DNA of 64,000 nucleotides from an uncultured bacterium (GTDB lineage Bacteria; Planctomycetota; UBA1135; GCA-002686595): contig CALSNU010000004.1 of NCBI GenBank assembly GCA_943787795.1, positions 480,001 to 544,000 on the forward strand. The letters run 5' to 3'. Below the pieces are notes generated by a model that did no database searches, was not told the origin of the DNA, and saw only the letters and a program-made list of their open reading frames with translations. Both the position numbers and the translations under genes were made by a program. Positions 51,327 through 60,218 of this stretch are shown here, one piece after another (positions within the stretch are counted from its first letter, which is position 1; each line of letters begins with the position of its first letter).

Positions 51327-52562
51327 TCAGACGTTGAGATCCTCTGCCCCGTACCGCTCTTGCGTCTCCGTGGGAATGAACTCCTTGAGGTGCTCCAGCT
51401 CGCCCGCCTCTCGGATCAAGTGCCTCGCGATGACAATCCGCTGCACCTGGTTGGTCCCCTCGTAGATCTGGAGGATCTTGGCGTCCCGGAAGAACTTGGC
51501 GATGGGGTAGTCCTCCATGAAGCCGTAGCCGCCGAAGACCTGCACGGCATCGGTGGCCACCTCCATGGCGACGTCGCTGGAGAGACACTTGGCCATGGCC
51601 GCCATCTTCGAGTTCATCGGGTTCGGCCCCTTCTCATCGATCGCAGCCGCAGCGGCGTAGGTCAGCTGCCTGGCCGACTCCGTCTTCATCGCCATGTCGG
51701 CGAGCATCTTCTGCACCATCTGGTGCTGGCTGATGGGCACCTTGAACTGGACGCGGCGGTTGGCGTACACGTTGGCGAGATCGAGCGCTCCCTGGGAGGC
51801 GCCGACGGCCTGGGCCGCGACACCCGGCCGCGCGTGGTCCAGCGTCATCATGGCGTGCTTGAAGCCCATGCCCTCGCGGCCGCCGATGAGGTTCTCAGCA
51901 GGGACGCGAACGTTGTCGAAGTGGGTCTCGACCACGGGGACTCCACGGATGCCCATCTTGTTCTCCACCTTGTTGATGGTGAAGCCGGGCGTGCCCTTCT
52001 CGACGATGAAGGCGCTGATCCGGCGAGACCTCGAGGTGGCGTCGGTGACGGCGAAGACGGAGTAGATGTCGGCGATGCCGCCGTTCGTCGTCCACTTCTT
52101 CTCGCCGTTGATGATGTAGTCATCCCCGTCCTTGACCGCCGTCACCGCGAGGCCGCTGGCGTCAGAGCCGGCGAACTTCTCGGAGAGGCAGAACGCGACG
52201 AACTTCTCGCCGTTGCCGATCAGGGGCAGGTACTTCTTCTTCTGCTCCTCGGTTCCGCCGAGCACGATCGGGAACGAGCCGAGGGCGTTGACCGCAAAGG
52301 CGACGCCGAATCCGGAATCCGCCTTCGCGAGCTCCTCGGCGATCAGCGACAGGGCGAGGACGCCGGCGCTGTGTCCGCCGTACTCCTTGGGGATCCAGGT
52401 CTTGAAGAGGCCTGCCTTGGCGAGGGCCTGCGCCGCCTCCATGTTGTACTCGTGCTTCTCGTCGAGCTCGGCGGCCTTGGGGCGCACGACCTCGTCCGCG
52501 ATCTTTCGGGCGAGGGCCTGAAGTTCCAGGGCCTGTTCGCTGAAGACAATGTTCTGCTGCAT
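51327..52562 (-). CDS. acyl-CoA dehydrogenase
   Basis: FCLSE..AGSD, NGEKKWTTNG, QVFGGYG and IYEGTNQVQR. Confidence 0.96.
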   Translation of the reverse strand: MQQNIVFSEQALELQALARKIADEVVRPKAAELDEKHEYNMEAAQALAKAGLFKTWIPKEYGGHSAGVLALSLIAEELAKADSGFGVAFAVNALGSFPIVLGGTEEQKKKYLPLIGNGEKFVAFCLSEKFAGSDASGLAVTAVKDGDDYIINGEKKWTTNGGIADIYSVFAVTDATSRSRRISAFIVEKGTPGFTINKVENKMGIRGVPVVETHFDNVRVPAENLIGGREGMGFKHAMMTLDHARPGVAAQAVGASQGALDLANVYANRRVQFKVPISQHQMVQKMLADMAMKTESARQLTYAAAAAIDEKGPNPMNSKMAAMAKCLSSDVAMEVATDAVQVFGGYGFMEDYPIAKFFRDAKILQIYEGTNQVQRIVIARHLIREAGELEHLKEFIPTETQERYGAEDLNV

Positions 52563-52683
52563 GACGTTCTACGCGGCCTGCATGGGTCCGGAAGCCCCCC
52601 TCCTGGGGGATGGACTGCCGCGCTTCGGGCAAGAAGTCTAAGGGCAGGGGCGACCTGCCCGATGTCCAATCCGCGACAGTCCG

Positions 52684-53430
52684 TCAGGATCGGGCGAGGA
52701 CGACCTGTCGGTCAGCCTGCGCGGGGTCAAAGGGCTCCCCCTCGAAGCTCCCTGCCCGCCCCACCACAGGCAGGCCACGCGCCGCCAGGAGGACGTCGAT
52801 TTCCTCTGGTTCGTACATCCGGACCTCCTCGCGCCACCGCCGGACCTCGCCGCTGGCGAGGGTCAGCAGGACCTCCTTCACCACCCGGCGCCCGCCGTCC
52901 TCCAGGGATCGCCGGGATTCGAGGACGATCCCGTCCCGCTCCTCCCGCGAGGCCGGACGCAGCCCGCGCCGGATGGCTGCCGGGTTCATGAGATCCATCA
53001 CGAGGGTCCCGCCGGACCGCAGGACCCGCGCCATCTCATCCAGGGCAGCACTGTCTCCCTCCTCTCCGAGGTAGCCAAAGGAGGTGAAGAGGTTGACGAC
53101 GGCGCCAAAGGACCCGCTGGCAAAGGGCAGCGACCGCATGTCCGCCTGGCCGAGCCGACCTCGGAGGCGCTCGCCCGCTCCCTCCATGTCTCCGGACGAA
53201 GCCAGGAGGTCAAAGGACAGGTCGATCCCGAAGATGTCGAACCCCGCCTCCGCCAGCGCGAGGCTGTGGCGCCCGAAGCCGCAGCAGTCGTCGAGGACCG
53301 GGCCACTAATTCCGGCCAGGACCTCATCGGCGAGCCACCGCACCTCCGCCCTCGCTGCGGCGAGGTTGCGGTGCGCGTAGACGTCGCGGTAATCGCTACG
53401 GAAGGCCTCGACGTACCAGGGGGCTGACAT
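52684..53430 (-). CDS. class I SAM-dependent methyltransferase
   Basis: VLDDCCGFGRH, GIDLS, ADMR and NLFTSFGY. Confidence 0.9.
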   Translation of the reverse strand: MSAPWYVEAFRSDYRDVYAHRNLAAARAEVRWLADEVLAGISGPVLDDCCGFGRHSLALAEAGFDIFGIDLSFDLLASSGDMEGAGERLRGRLGQADMRSLPFASGSFGAVVNLFTSFGYLGEEGDSAALDEMARVLRSGGTLVMDLMNPAAIRRGLRPASREERDGIVLESRRSLEDGGRRVVKEVLLTLASGEVRRWREEVRMYEPEEIDVLLAARGLPVVGRAGSFEGEPFDPAQADRQVVLARS

Positions 53431-53622
53431 GGCGGGGAGGATAAGGGCAGGGCACGGCATCGCACCACCGGGTGGGCTCCAGAGGGCGGGAAGAGTTGGC
53501 CGTACGGGTCGCCGTGGGGCTGAGATGCCCACCAGCCTCGGACAAAGGGTAGTCTCCCCGACACCCTGCCCCGCCCCACCCGTCCCGGCGGGACCGGCCC
53601 GCCTCCCACGGGCCCCACGCCC

Positions 53623-54825
53623 ATGAGCGACCCCGCACCCGCATCCATCTGTGACCGCGTCACCCGCGAGAGCAGGGAGGCTGAACAGCTCGCGAGCTAT
53701 GCCATGCGCAGCGTGGACTCGATCGGGCGACGATACCCGGAGTCCCCTGACCCCCACCGCACGATCTTCGAGCGGGACCGGGACCGGATCACCCACTCCA
53801 CCGCGTTCCGGCGCCTCCAGTACAAGACTCAGGTCTTCCTGAACGACGAGGGGGACCACCACCGAACGCGCCTCTCCCACAGCCTTGAGGTGTGCCAGGT
53901 GGCGCGCAGCGTCGCGGGGGTCTTGCGGCTGAACGAGCCGCTCGCCGAGGGCCTCAGCCTCGCGCACGACATCGGTCACCCGCCGTTCGGCCACCGCGGC
54001 GAGTGGGCGCTCAACGACTGCATGGCCGAGCATGGGGGCTTCCGACACAACGCTCAGGTCCTGCGGGTGGTCGACGTGCTGGAGCGGCGGAGCCCGGATC
54101 ACCCCGGACTCAACCTGACCAGGGAGCTGAGGGAGTCCCTGCTCAAGCACGAGAAGCCCGAGGACTGGCCCGACGAGTTCGGCCTCAAGCCAAGGCACCC
54201 GGTGCTCGAGGGCCAGGTCGTCGACCTCGCCGACTCCACGGCCTACAACAAGCACGACATCGAGGACGGCCTGAGCGCAGGCATGTTCACGGAGCAGACC
54301 CTCGGGGCGGAGGTCGAGCTCTGGCGCGTCGCTCAGGCCCGCATCGAGGAGCGCCACCCAGGCTTCCTGAGCCAGAGCCCTGACGACCCGCGGCTCCAGA
54401 TCGGTCGGACCGCAAACGAGGTGATCGGGATCTGCATCGTCGACCTGTGCCAGGCAACCCTCAGGAACGTCCAGGACAGCGGCGTGGAGTCCTCTGCGGA
54501 CGTTCGCGCTCACCAGACCATGCTCTGCGCCCACTCGCGCGAGGTCCAACCCATGGTGGCGGAGCTCCAGCGCTTCCTCTACAAGCACTTCTACCGCCAC
54601 CCTTACCTGCAGGCCTTCCGCGTCTGGGCCAAGGCGGTGATCAGCGGGCTCTTCGACGCCTACGTCGCGGCCCCGGCCGAGATGTCGACCTGGTTCCTTG
54701 AGTGGGGCGAAGACGTGGGCACCGAGCGCGCGATCTGCGACTACATCGCCGGGATGACGGACCGCTTCGCCGTGCAGGAATACACTCGCCTCATCGGACC
54801 CGTGCCCCCGCTCGAACGTCCGTGA
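53623..54825 (+). CDS. dgt: dGTP triphosphohydrolase (HD superfamily)
   Basis: FERDRDRI, RTRLSHSLEV, AHDIGHPPFGH and DYIAGMTD. Confidence 0.95.
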   Translation: MSDPAPASICDRVTRESREAEQLASYAMRSVDSIGRRYPESPDPHRTIFERDRDRITHSTAFRRLQYKTQVFLNDEGDHHRTRLSHSLEVCQVARSVAGVLRLNEPLAEGLSLAHDIGHPPFGHRGEWALNDCMAEHGGFRHNAQVLRVVDVLERRSPDHPGLNLTRELRESLLKHEKPEDWPDEFGLKPRHPVLEGQVVDLADSTAYNKHDIEDGLSAGMFTEQTLGAEVELWRVAQARIEERHPGFLSQSPDDPRLQIGRTANEVIGICIVDLCQATLRNVQDSGVESSADVRAHQTMLCAHSREVQPMVAELQRFLYKHFYRHPYLQAFRVWAKAVISGLFDAYVAAPAEMSTWFLEWGEDVGTERAICDYIAGMTDRFAVQEYTRLIGPVPPLERP

Positions 54826-54902
54826 CACGTCCCGGCCGGGCGGCCCCTGTCGCCCGGCGCCCCCAATCCCCCCGACCCAGACTCCCCCACCCAGAGCAGG
54901 CC

Positions 54903-55253
54903 ATGGCCAAGCGAATCGACTGGATCTACCACCGCAAGGGCTGAACCAGCTGCAAGCGCGCCGACGCGTTCCTCGAGAACGCCGGCGTGACCGTCCGTGA
55001 GACGGTCAATGCAGCCAAGGAACGAATCGGCGAGGCGGACCTCGCAGAGCTCTTCGAAGGGAGCCGCAAGGTGACCGCAGCGAAGGGCAAGAAGGTCGTC
55101 GTCCTCGACCTCGCGAAGGACCCTGACGCCCAGCAACAGCTGGCCGCTGTGGTCCTTGGACCCACGGGAAACCTGCGGGCTCCGAGCGCCAAGGTCGGCA
55201 AGAACTGGCTGATCGGCTTCAACGAAGACGAGTACTCCAAGGTCTTCGGCTGA
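54903..55253 (+). CDS. ArsC/Spx-like thioredoxin-fold selenoprotein (UGA at 54942-54944 read as Sec, UxxC)
   Basis: MAKRIDWIYHRKG-UGA-TSCKRA... continues in frame to GPTGNLRAP...IGFN; hairpin 54957-54989. Confidence 0.85.
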
Positions 55254-55271
55254 TCGGGCTCCGCCCCACCC

Positions 55272-55312
55272 GGACGCCCGGGCTGTCTCCTTCCGGGGCA
55301 GCCCGGGCGTCC
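55272..55312 (+). terminator. terminator-like hairpin
   Basis: GGACGCCCGGGCTG...CAGCCCGGGCGTCC 14-bp stem. Confidence 0.65.
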
Positions 55313-55457
55313 TCACGTAGAAGATCCGGGCCAGCGCCACCTCCTAGCTGCTCGAGGTCAAGCGGGCCGTGGGGCTCGGTCGATTTTAGATGAGAACGTC
55401 CGTCGTCGGGGCAGCGCTGCCCCGTGGGAGCGGATCGTCAATCACCTGGAGTGCACC

Positions 55458-56862
55458 TTGGCCCACACCTCCGCCTCGAGCCCGCCGCGCGCAGCACGGC
55501 TGGCGCTCGACTCGAATTCAGTGACCCCCGTCGAGTCCGCCGTCGAGAAGTTCTTCGGGACCCTTCGCGGCGCGGACATCCCGATTGTCGCGATGGCCGG
55601 GTCGCGCTTTGCCCCCGTGCTCCGTGACCCGCAGGGTCTAGAGTTGATGTGCTTGCCAAGGCACCTCGACCGCGTCTCTCGGTTCCTCAAGCACGCCCTC
55701 GACGCCGAGGGCGCCTCCGTCGTCTGGTCGAGCCAGGCGAAGGGCACCGCCACCTTCCAGCTGTATGCCTTCTGCGGGTCAGATCGACATCACCACCTGC
55801 GGCTGGTGGTGAACACCCGCCGCCAGTGGCAGGGCGTCACCTACTTCGAAGCCAATGAGGTCTTCCGGAACCGTGACACCAGCCGGAGTCCCCAGCGGCC
55901 GGCTGCTGTCATTGGAACCCTGGCTCAGTTCTTGCCCGGCTACCTCGGATCAGGGCACATCGAGCGCGAGTCCACGACGCGGCTCGCGATGACCGCAGAC
56001 ACCCACCCCGCACAACTTCGGGCGGTGCTCGGCAAAATGGTCGGGACCACCGCAGCCGAGAGGTTCGTCGACGCGCTCCGCGATGAGGAGCTCTCCAGCC
56101 TCATCAAGGAGGCCCCGCGCTTCCGACGGGCGCTGCTGCGCCGCTCGCTCCTCCGTCACCCCCTCAAGACCCTGAGCGCGCTCGCCCGGCGGCTCTCGGG
56201 TGGAGAGCGCGACGACCCCGGCTTCCTCGTGGCGGTCATGGGCCCGCAAGGAGCCGAGACCCAAGCGCTGGCGGCCGAGATGAGGACCGAGCTCCGCGCA
56301 CCGTTCGGCGCCAGCAGCTGCACGTCCCTACAGCCGGTCGAGGACCCCGACGCGGCGGGCGGCAGCCCCCAGGACCGAGAGCACCGCCCGAGGCTCGTCC
56401 TGGTGGCGCGCGACGCGTCACTTCCTGGAGTTCCGGCGCACGTTCCGCGCGTCCGTGGAGCCTGTTCTCCGCAGCGGAGGCGCCGTGGTGGTCGATGGCT
56501 GGGTCGACGACTGGGCCATCGAGCCCGGACGCTTCGGCCTCACGGGCGGCGGCGCGCTCGTCCGCTGGATGGCCGCCAGAGCTCGGCGGCCCGACGTCAT
56601 CCTGGTCTGCTCTCCGACGTCGACGGAGCTCATGCAGCGCCGGCCAGAGCTGTCTCGGCGGGAAGCCCTGGCGCTCACTGCAGCCTATGAGGCCTTCGCC
56701 GCAGACCAGCCGACGGCCTTCGCGGTCCCCTGCGAGGGCGACGACCAGCCCGCAGTGGACCTCGCCATGGCCGCGACGCTCGCTGGCATGGAGGCGCTGA
56801 CGCCAGGCGCGGCGCTCCTGAGCCTCTCTCGAAGGGGTCAGTCCGCCGGGCAAGCGGCCTGA
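55458..56862 (+). CDS. hypothetical protein with a C-terminal thymidylate-kinase-like P-loop region (degenerate); +1 error at ~56368
   Basis: Joined frames 55458.. and ..56862; GFLVAVMGPQGA and VVVDGWVDD..IEPGR...RPDVILV. Confidence 0.55.
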
Positions 56863-58289
56863 TGAGCCCGGCCGAGCTCTTCATCGACCGGTGGTACCCC
56901 GTCCTTCGGGGGGGCCCCCCGCCCGTGGCCTCCTTCGACCTTCGAGATCGCCAGGGCGCCGAGGCCGTGCGAGAGGCATGGGCCCGACTGGGGCCCGGCG
57001 AACGGATCTTGATCCGGACCCCTGGCAACGCGGCGGCGCGCTCCCGGCTCGCCCGCCTCGGAGCGCTCCTTGAGGCATCAGACTCGGCCGAGAGCTTCCT
57101 GGAGTTCGGGGCAGGACGCCGAGTCGTCACCCTGCTCCCCGCGGACGATGGCGCTGCCTTCCGGGGGAGCCTCGACCTGCTGCCCCACGACCTCCCAGGA
57201 GGCCGGGCCCTAGCGGCCCTGCTGCGGCTCGCCAGTCCCTTCAAGCTGGCCCACCGCTTTGGGCGCCCCGAGATCTCGGTCTGGACCCGCCTCGGCCACG
57301 CGCTCCCCGTCCTGGATCTCCCGGTCATCCCCGTGGACGGCCAGGTGGCGGTTCAGGTGACCAAGGCTGATTCAGATCAGCCGCTGACGGTGCGCGCCAT
57401 GGACCGACGCGGTGACGCCAGGGTGGCCCTGCAGGTCGGCGTCTCGCCCGCCTCGGCAGCGTCCGTCCTTCGCGGCTCGGCGGCGCTGGCGTTCCTCAGG
57501 GAGGCCGCGCTGGAGCATCGCTCCCTGGCCTTCGCCAGCGGTGAGCGCGAGGGGTGCCCCTGGCTCGCATCGAACGCGACGGCTCCGACCTCCACGGCCC
57601 CGGGAGCGGGCTTCGAGGCCCAGCATGCCGCTCTCCTCCTGGACCTGCTGGGGCACGGGACCGCGAGCGCACCCCTCGGAGAGATCGAGGCGTTCGTCGA
57701 CGCCCGGCGGCAGCTGGACTCGCTCTGGAGAGACCACGATCCGCAGTGGCACGACGACTACTCGGGGCTCGCGAGGGCCCTCCAGCACTCGGCCGCCGGC
57801 GCTGCCGTTGATACGGGGCCAGCCCATGGTGACCTCTCCCCCGAGACGATCCGACCGGAGGCGGGCACCCCTCACGCCGACGACTGGGGACGGTTCGCCC
57901 GACAGGCGCCGCTGCTCTACGACTTGTTCCACTTCCTCACCCAGCTTCCCGGGCCCGGGCAGGCTCCCTCAGACGAGGCGTCAGCAGCGGAGCCGCCCTC
58001 GATCAAGAGCGTCTGGGACAGCCTGCGCCAGAGCCTCTCCGGAGTGGCCTTCGACGTGGTGGCCGCGAGCGGGCTCTCGAACGGCGCGCTCGCGCTTCAC
58101 CTCGGCCTCACGGTCTTGGTGGACGGCACAGCGGCCGAGATGAGAGCTCGACTCGGAAAGGAGACAGGTGCACGTCCTGGACTCCAGAGGTCCCTGAGGC
58201 AGGAGCTGGCGCGGCGTTGCCGCGAGGTCCTCGATGGCGAGCGGCGCGGCCCCTGGCCCAGGGACGACGAGCACCTCAGGGCAGCCTGA
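56862..58289 (+). CDS. aminoglycoside phosphotransferase/kinase-like protein
   Basis: AHGDLSPETI, DDW and PLLYDLFHF; TGATG-coupled to the upstream gene. Confidence 0.6.
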   Translation: MSPAELFIDRWYPVLRGGPPPVASFDLRDRQGAEAVREAWARLGPGERILIRTPGNAAARSRLARLGALLEASDSAESFLEFGAGRRVVTLLPADDGAAFRGSLDLLPHDLPGGRALAALLRLASPFKLAHRFGRPEISVWTRLGHALPVLDLPVIPVDGQVAVQVTKADSDQPLTVRAMDRRGDARVALQVGVSPASAASVLRGSAALAFLREAALEHRSLAFASGEREGCPWLASNATAPTSTAPGAGFEAQHAALLLDLLGHGTASAPLGEIEAFVDARRQLDSLWRDHDPQWHDDYSGLARALQHSAAGAAVDTGPAHGDLSPETIRPEAGTPHADDWGRFARQAPLLYDLFHFLTQLPGPGQAPSDEASAAEPPSIKSVWDSLRQSLSGVAFDVVAASGLSNGALALHLGLTVLVDGTAAEMRARLGKETGARPGLQRSLRQELARRCREVLDGERRGPWPRDDEHLRAA

Positions 58290-58429
58290 GCCAGCCCCGT
58301 TCGGCCGCCTGATGCACGGATCCCCCTGACCGCGATCCGTCTCTCACCGTCGACGCTTCGCTGGCCTCCCCGGCCAGGGTCTGTTGGCCTCCTCCGACCG
58401 CCCGTCCCGGCGAGCTCCCCCATCTGGAC

Positions 58430-58525
58430 CTCCACGGCTGGGTCTCCACGGCTGGGTCTCCACGGCTGGGTCTCCACGGCTGGGTCTCCACGGCTGAGTC
58501 TCCACAGCTGGGTCTCCACAGCTGG
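58430..58525. repeat. 14-nt tandem repeat, ~7 copies
   Basis: CTCCACGGCTGGGT x4 exact, then three variants. Confidence 0.95.
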
Positions 58526-58584
58526 AGCCCCGCGGGCAAGGCTTCAGCCGGGGCTCCACCCTGGGCTCCCGCCCGGCGAGGTCC

Positions 58585-58674
58585 CCGGACGTCGAGCTCC
58601 CCGGACACCGTGTTCTCCGGACGCCGTGTTCTCCGGACGCCGAGTCGCCCGGACGCCGAGTTCCCCGGATATCG
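58585..58674. repeat. 16-nt imperfect tandem repeat, ~5.5 copies
   Basis: CCGGAC(G/A)(C/T)CG(A/T)G.... units starting at 58585, 58601, 58617, 58633, 58649 and 58665. Confidence 0.85.
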
Positions 58675-58779
58675 GGGGACGCCGCACGCGACCCCGCCGA
58701 CAGGAGCGAGGACCGGCTCGCCTTCGGTGCCCGTCGCCCGTTTGTTAGCGTGCGCACCTGAGAGCGCGGAGCCGCCCCA

Positions 58780-58815
58780 GGGCTCGCCTGTGGGCTCTCC
58801 TGCTGGCTCTTCTGC
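58780..58815. repeat. 12-nt imperfect tandem repeat x3
   Basis: GGGCTCGCCTGT GGGCTCTCCTGC TGGCTCTTCTGC. Confidence 0.6.
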
Positions 58816-58892
58816 TGCCCCTCTGCAGGCCCTCCGGCCGGTGGACTCACACCCGCTCAGTCGTCCGTCACGGCCTCTCCACGGTCCCCCCA

Positions 58893-60218
58893 ATGGTCCT
58901 CCCCTCCGTCGCCGCCCTCCTGCTCGACTCCACCGATGGCAGCGCTTCTCGGTGGGCCTTCGTGGAGGAGCTCTTCGCCCGCCTCGACACTCCCCTGGAG
59001 CGCCTCGTCGCTGGCTGGATCGGGGTCCTGCTGCTGGCAGTGATCGCCAACTTCGTGGCACGCCGGGTCATCGTGCGCGGGATGCACGCCGTCGTCTCGC
59101 GGACCAAGACCCGCTGGGACGACGTCCTCGTTCAGCACCGCGTCTTCGAGCGGCTGAGCCACCTCGCCCCGGCGCTGGTGGTGTACCTCGCCGCCCGGGT
59201 GCTGCTGGATGGAGAGGGGGAGGAGATCTACCAGGACTACCTCCGGCGGGTCGCCAACGTATGGATGATCCTCGCCGGCGCTCGCACCGTCCACGCGCTG
59301 CTGGATGCCATGGTGATCATCGGCCTCCAGCGCGAGGCCACGCGCATCAAGCCGGTGCGGAGCTACGCCCAGGTGGTCCAGATCCTGGTCTGGGTCAGCG
59401 CCGGCATCCTCTCGGTCGCGGTCCTGATGCAGAAGAGCCCGACGGCGCTCCTGGCGGGGCTCGGCGCCATGACGGCGGTCCTCCTGCTGGTCTTCCGGGA
59501 CACCATCCTCGGCTTCATCGCCAGCATTCAGATCGAGGCCAACCAGATGCTGCGCGTCGGCGACTGGGTCGAGATGCCCAAGTACGGCGCCGACGGCGAC
59601 GTCATCGAGATCGGCCTGCACACGGTCAAGGTTCAGAACTGGGACAAGACGATCACGACGATCCCAACCCACACGTTCATGAGCGACAGCTTCAAGAACT
59701 GGCGCGGGATGACCGACTCCGGCGGGCGGAGAATCAAGCGGTCGATCAACCTCGACATGAACAGCGTGCGCTTCCTCGAAGAGGCCGACCTCGAGCGCCT
59801 GCGGTGCGTCCAGGCGCTCCGCTCCTACCTTGAATCCCGGAGCACGGAGGTCGATCGCTGGAACGAGGAGAACGACGTCGACGGCAGCAGCCCCATCAAC
59901 GGCCGCCGACTCACGAACCTCGGGACGTTCCGCGCCTACGTCGAGGCCTACCTGCACGGGCTGGAGCCGATCCGCGAGGACATGACCTTCCTGGTCCGCC
60001 AGCTCGCTCCCGCGTCGGAGGGGATCCCCATTGAGATCTACGTCTTCAGCGGCGAGCAGCGCTGGGTCCAGTACGAGGCCATCATGGGCGACATCTTCGA
60101 CCACCTGCTCGCGGTCCTCGGGCAGTTCGACCTGCGCGTGTTCCAGCAGCCTGGAGGCGCGGACCTCTCCAGGCTCGAGCCGCTCGTGTCGGCTCAGGCG
60201 GACTCGAACCTGCGCTGA
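58893..60218 (+). CDS. MscS-family mechanosensitive channel (YbdG-like)
   Basis: GLGAMTAVLLLVFRDTILG, GDWVEMPKYGADGDV and SGGRRIKRSI. Confidence 0.93.
   Translation: MVLPSVAALLLDSTDGSASRWAFVEELFARLDTPLERLVAGWIGVLLLAVIANFVARRVIVRGMHAVVSRTKTRWDDVLVQHRVFERLSHLAPALVVYLAARVLLDGEGEEIYQDYLRRVANVWMILAGARTVHALLDAMVIIGLQREATRIKPVRSYAQVVQILVWVSAGILSVAVLMQKSPTALLAGLGAMTAVLLLVFRDTILGFIASIQIEANQMLRVGDWVEMPKYGADGDVIEIGLHTVKVQNWDKTITTIPTHTFMSDSFKNWRGMTDSGGRRIKRSINLDMNSVRFLEEADLERLRCVQALRSYLESRSTEVDRWNEENDVDGSSPINGRRLTNLGTFRAYVEAYLHGLEPIREDMTFLVRQLAPASEGIPIEIYVFSGEQRWVQYEAIMGDIFDHLLAVLGQFDLRVFQQPGGADLSRLEPLVSAQADSNLR

Noticed and set aside
53623..54825. dGTPase as an antiphage defence gene
   Set aside because: Short housekeeping-type Dgt in an ordinary neighbourhood with no defence-island context
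52684..54828. 714-aa minus-strand ORF
   Set aside because: Only the last ~248 aa (from ATG 53430) form the methyltransferase; the rest is the antisense shadow of dgt
58430..58674. Possible CRISPR array
   Set aside because: Units are 14-16 nt, head-to-tail with no unique spacers; no cas genes in the window
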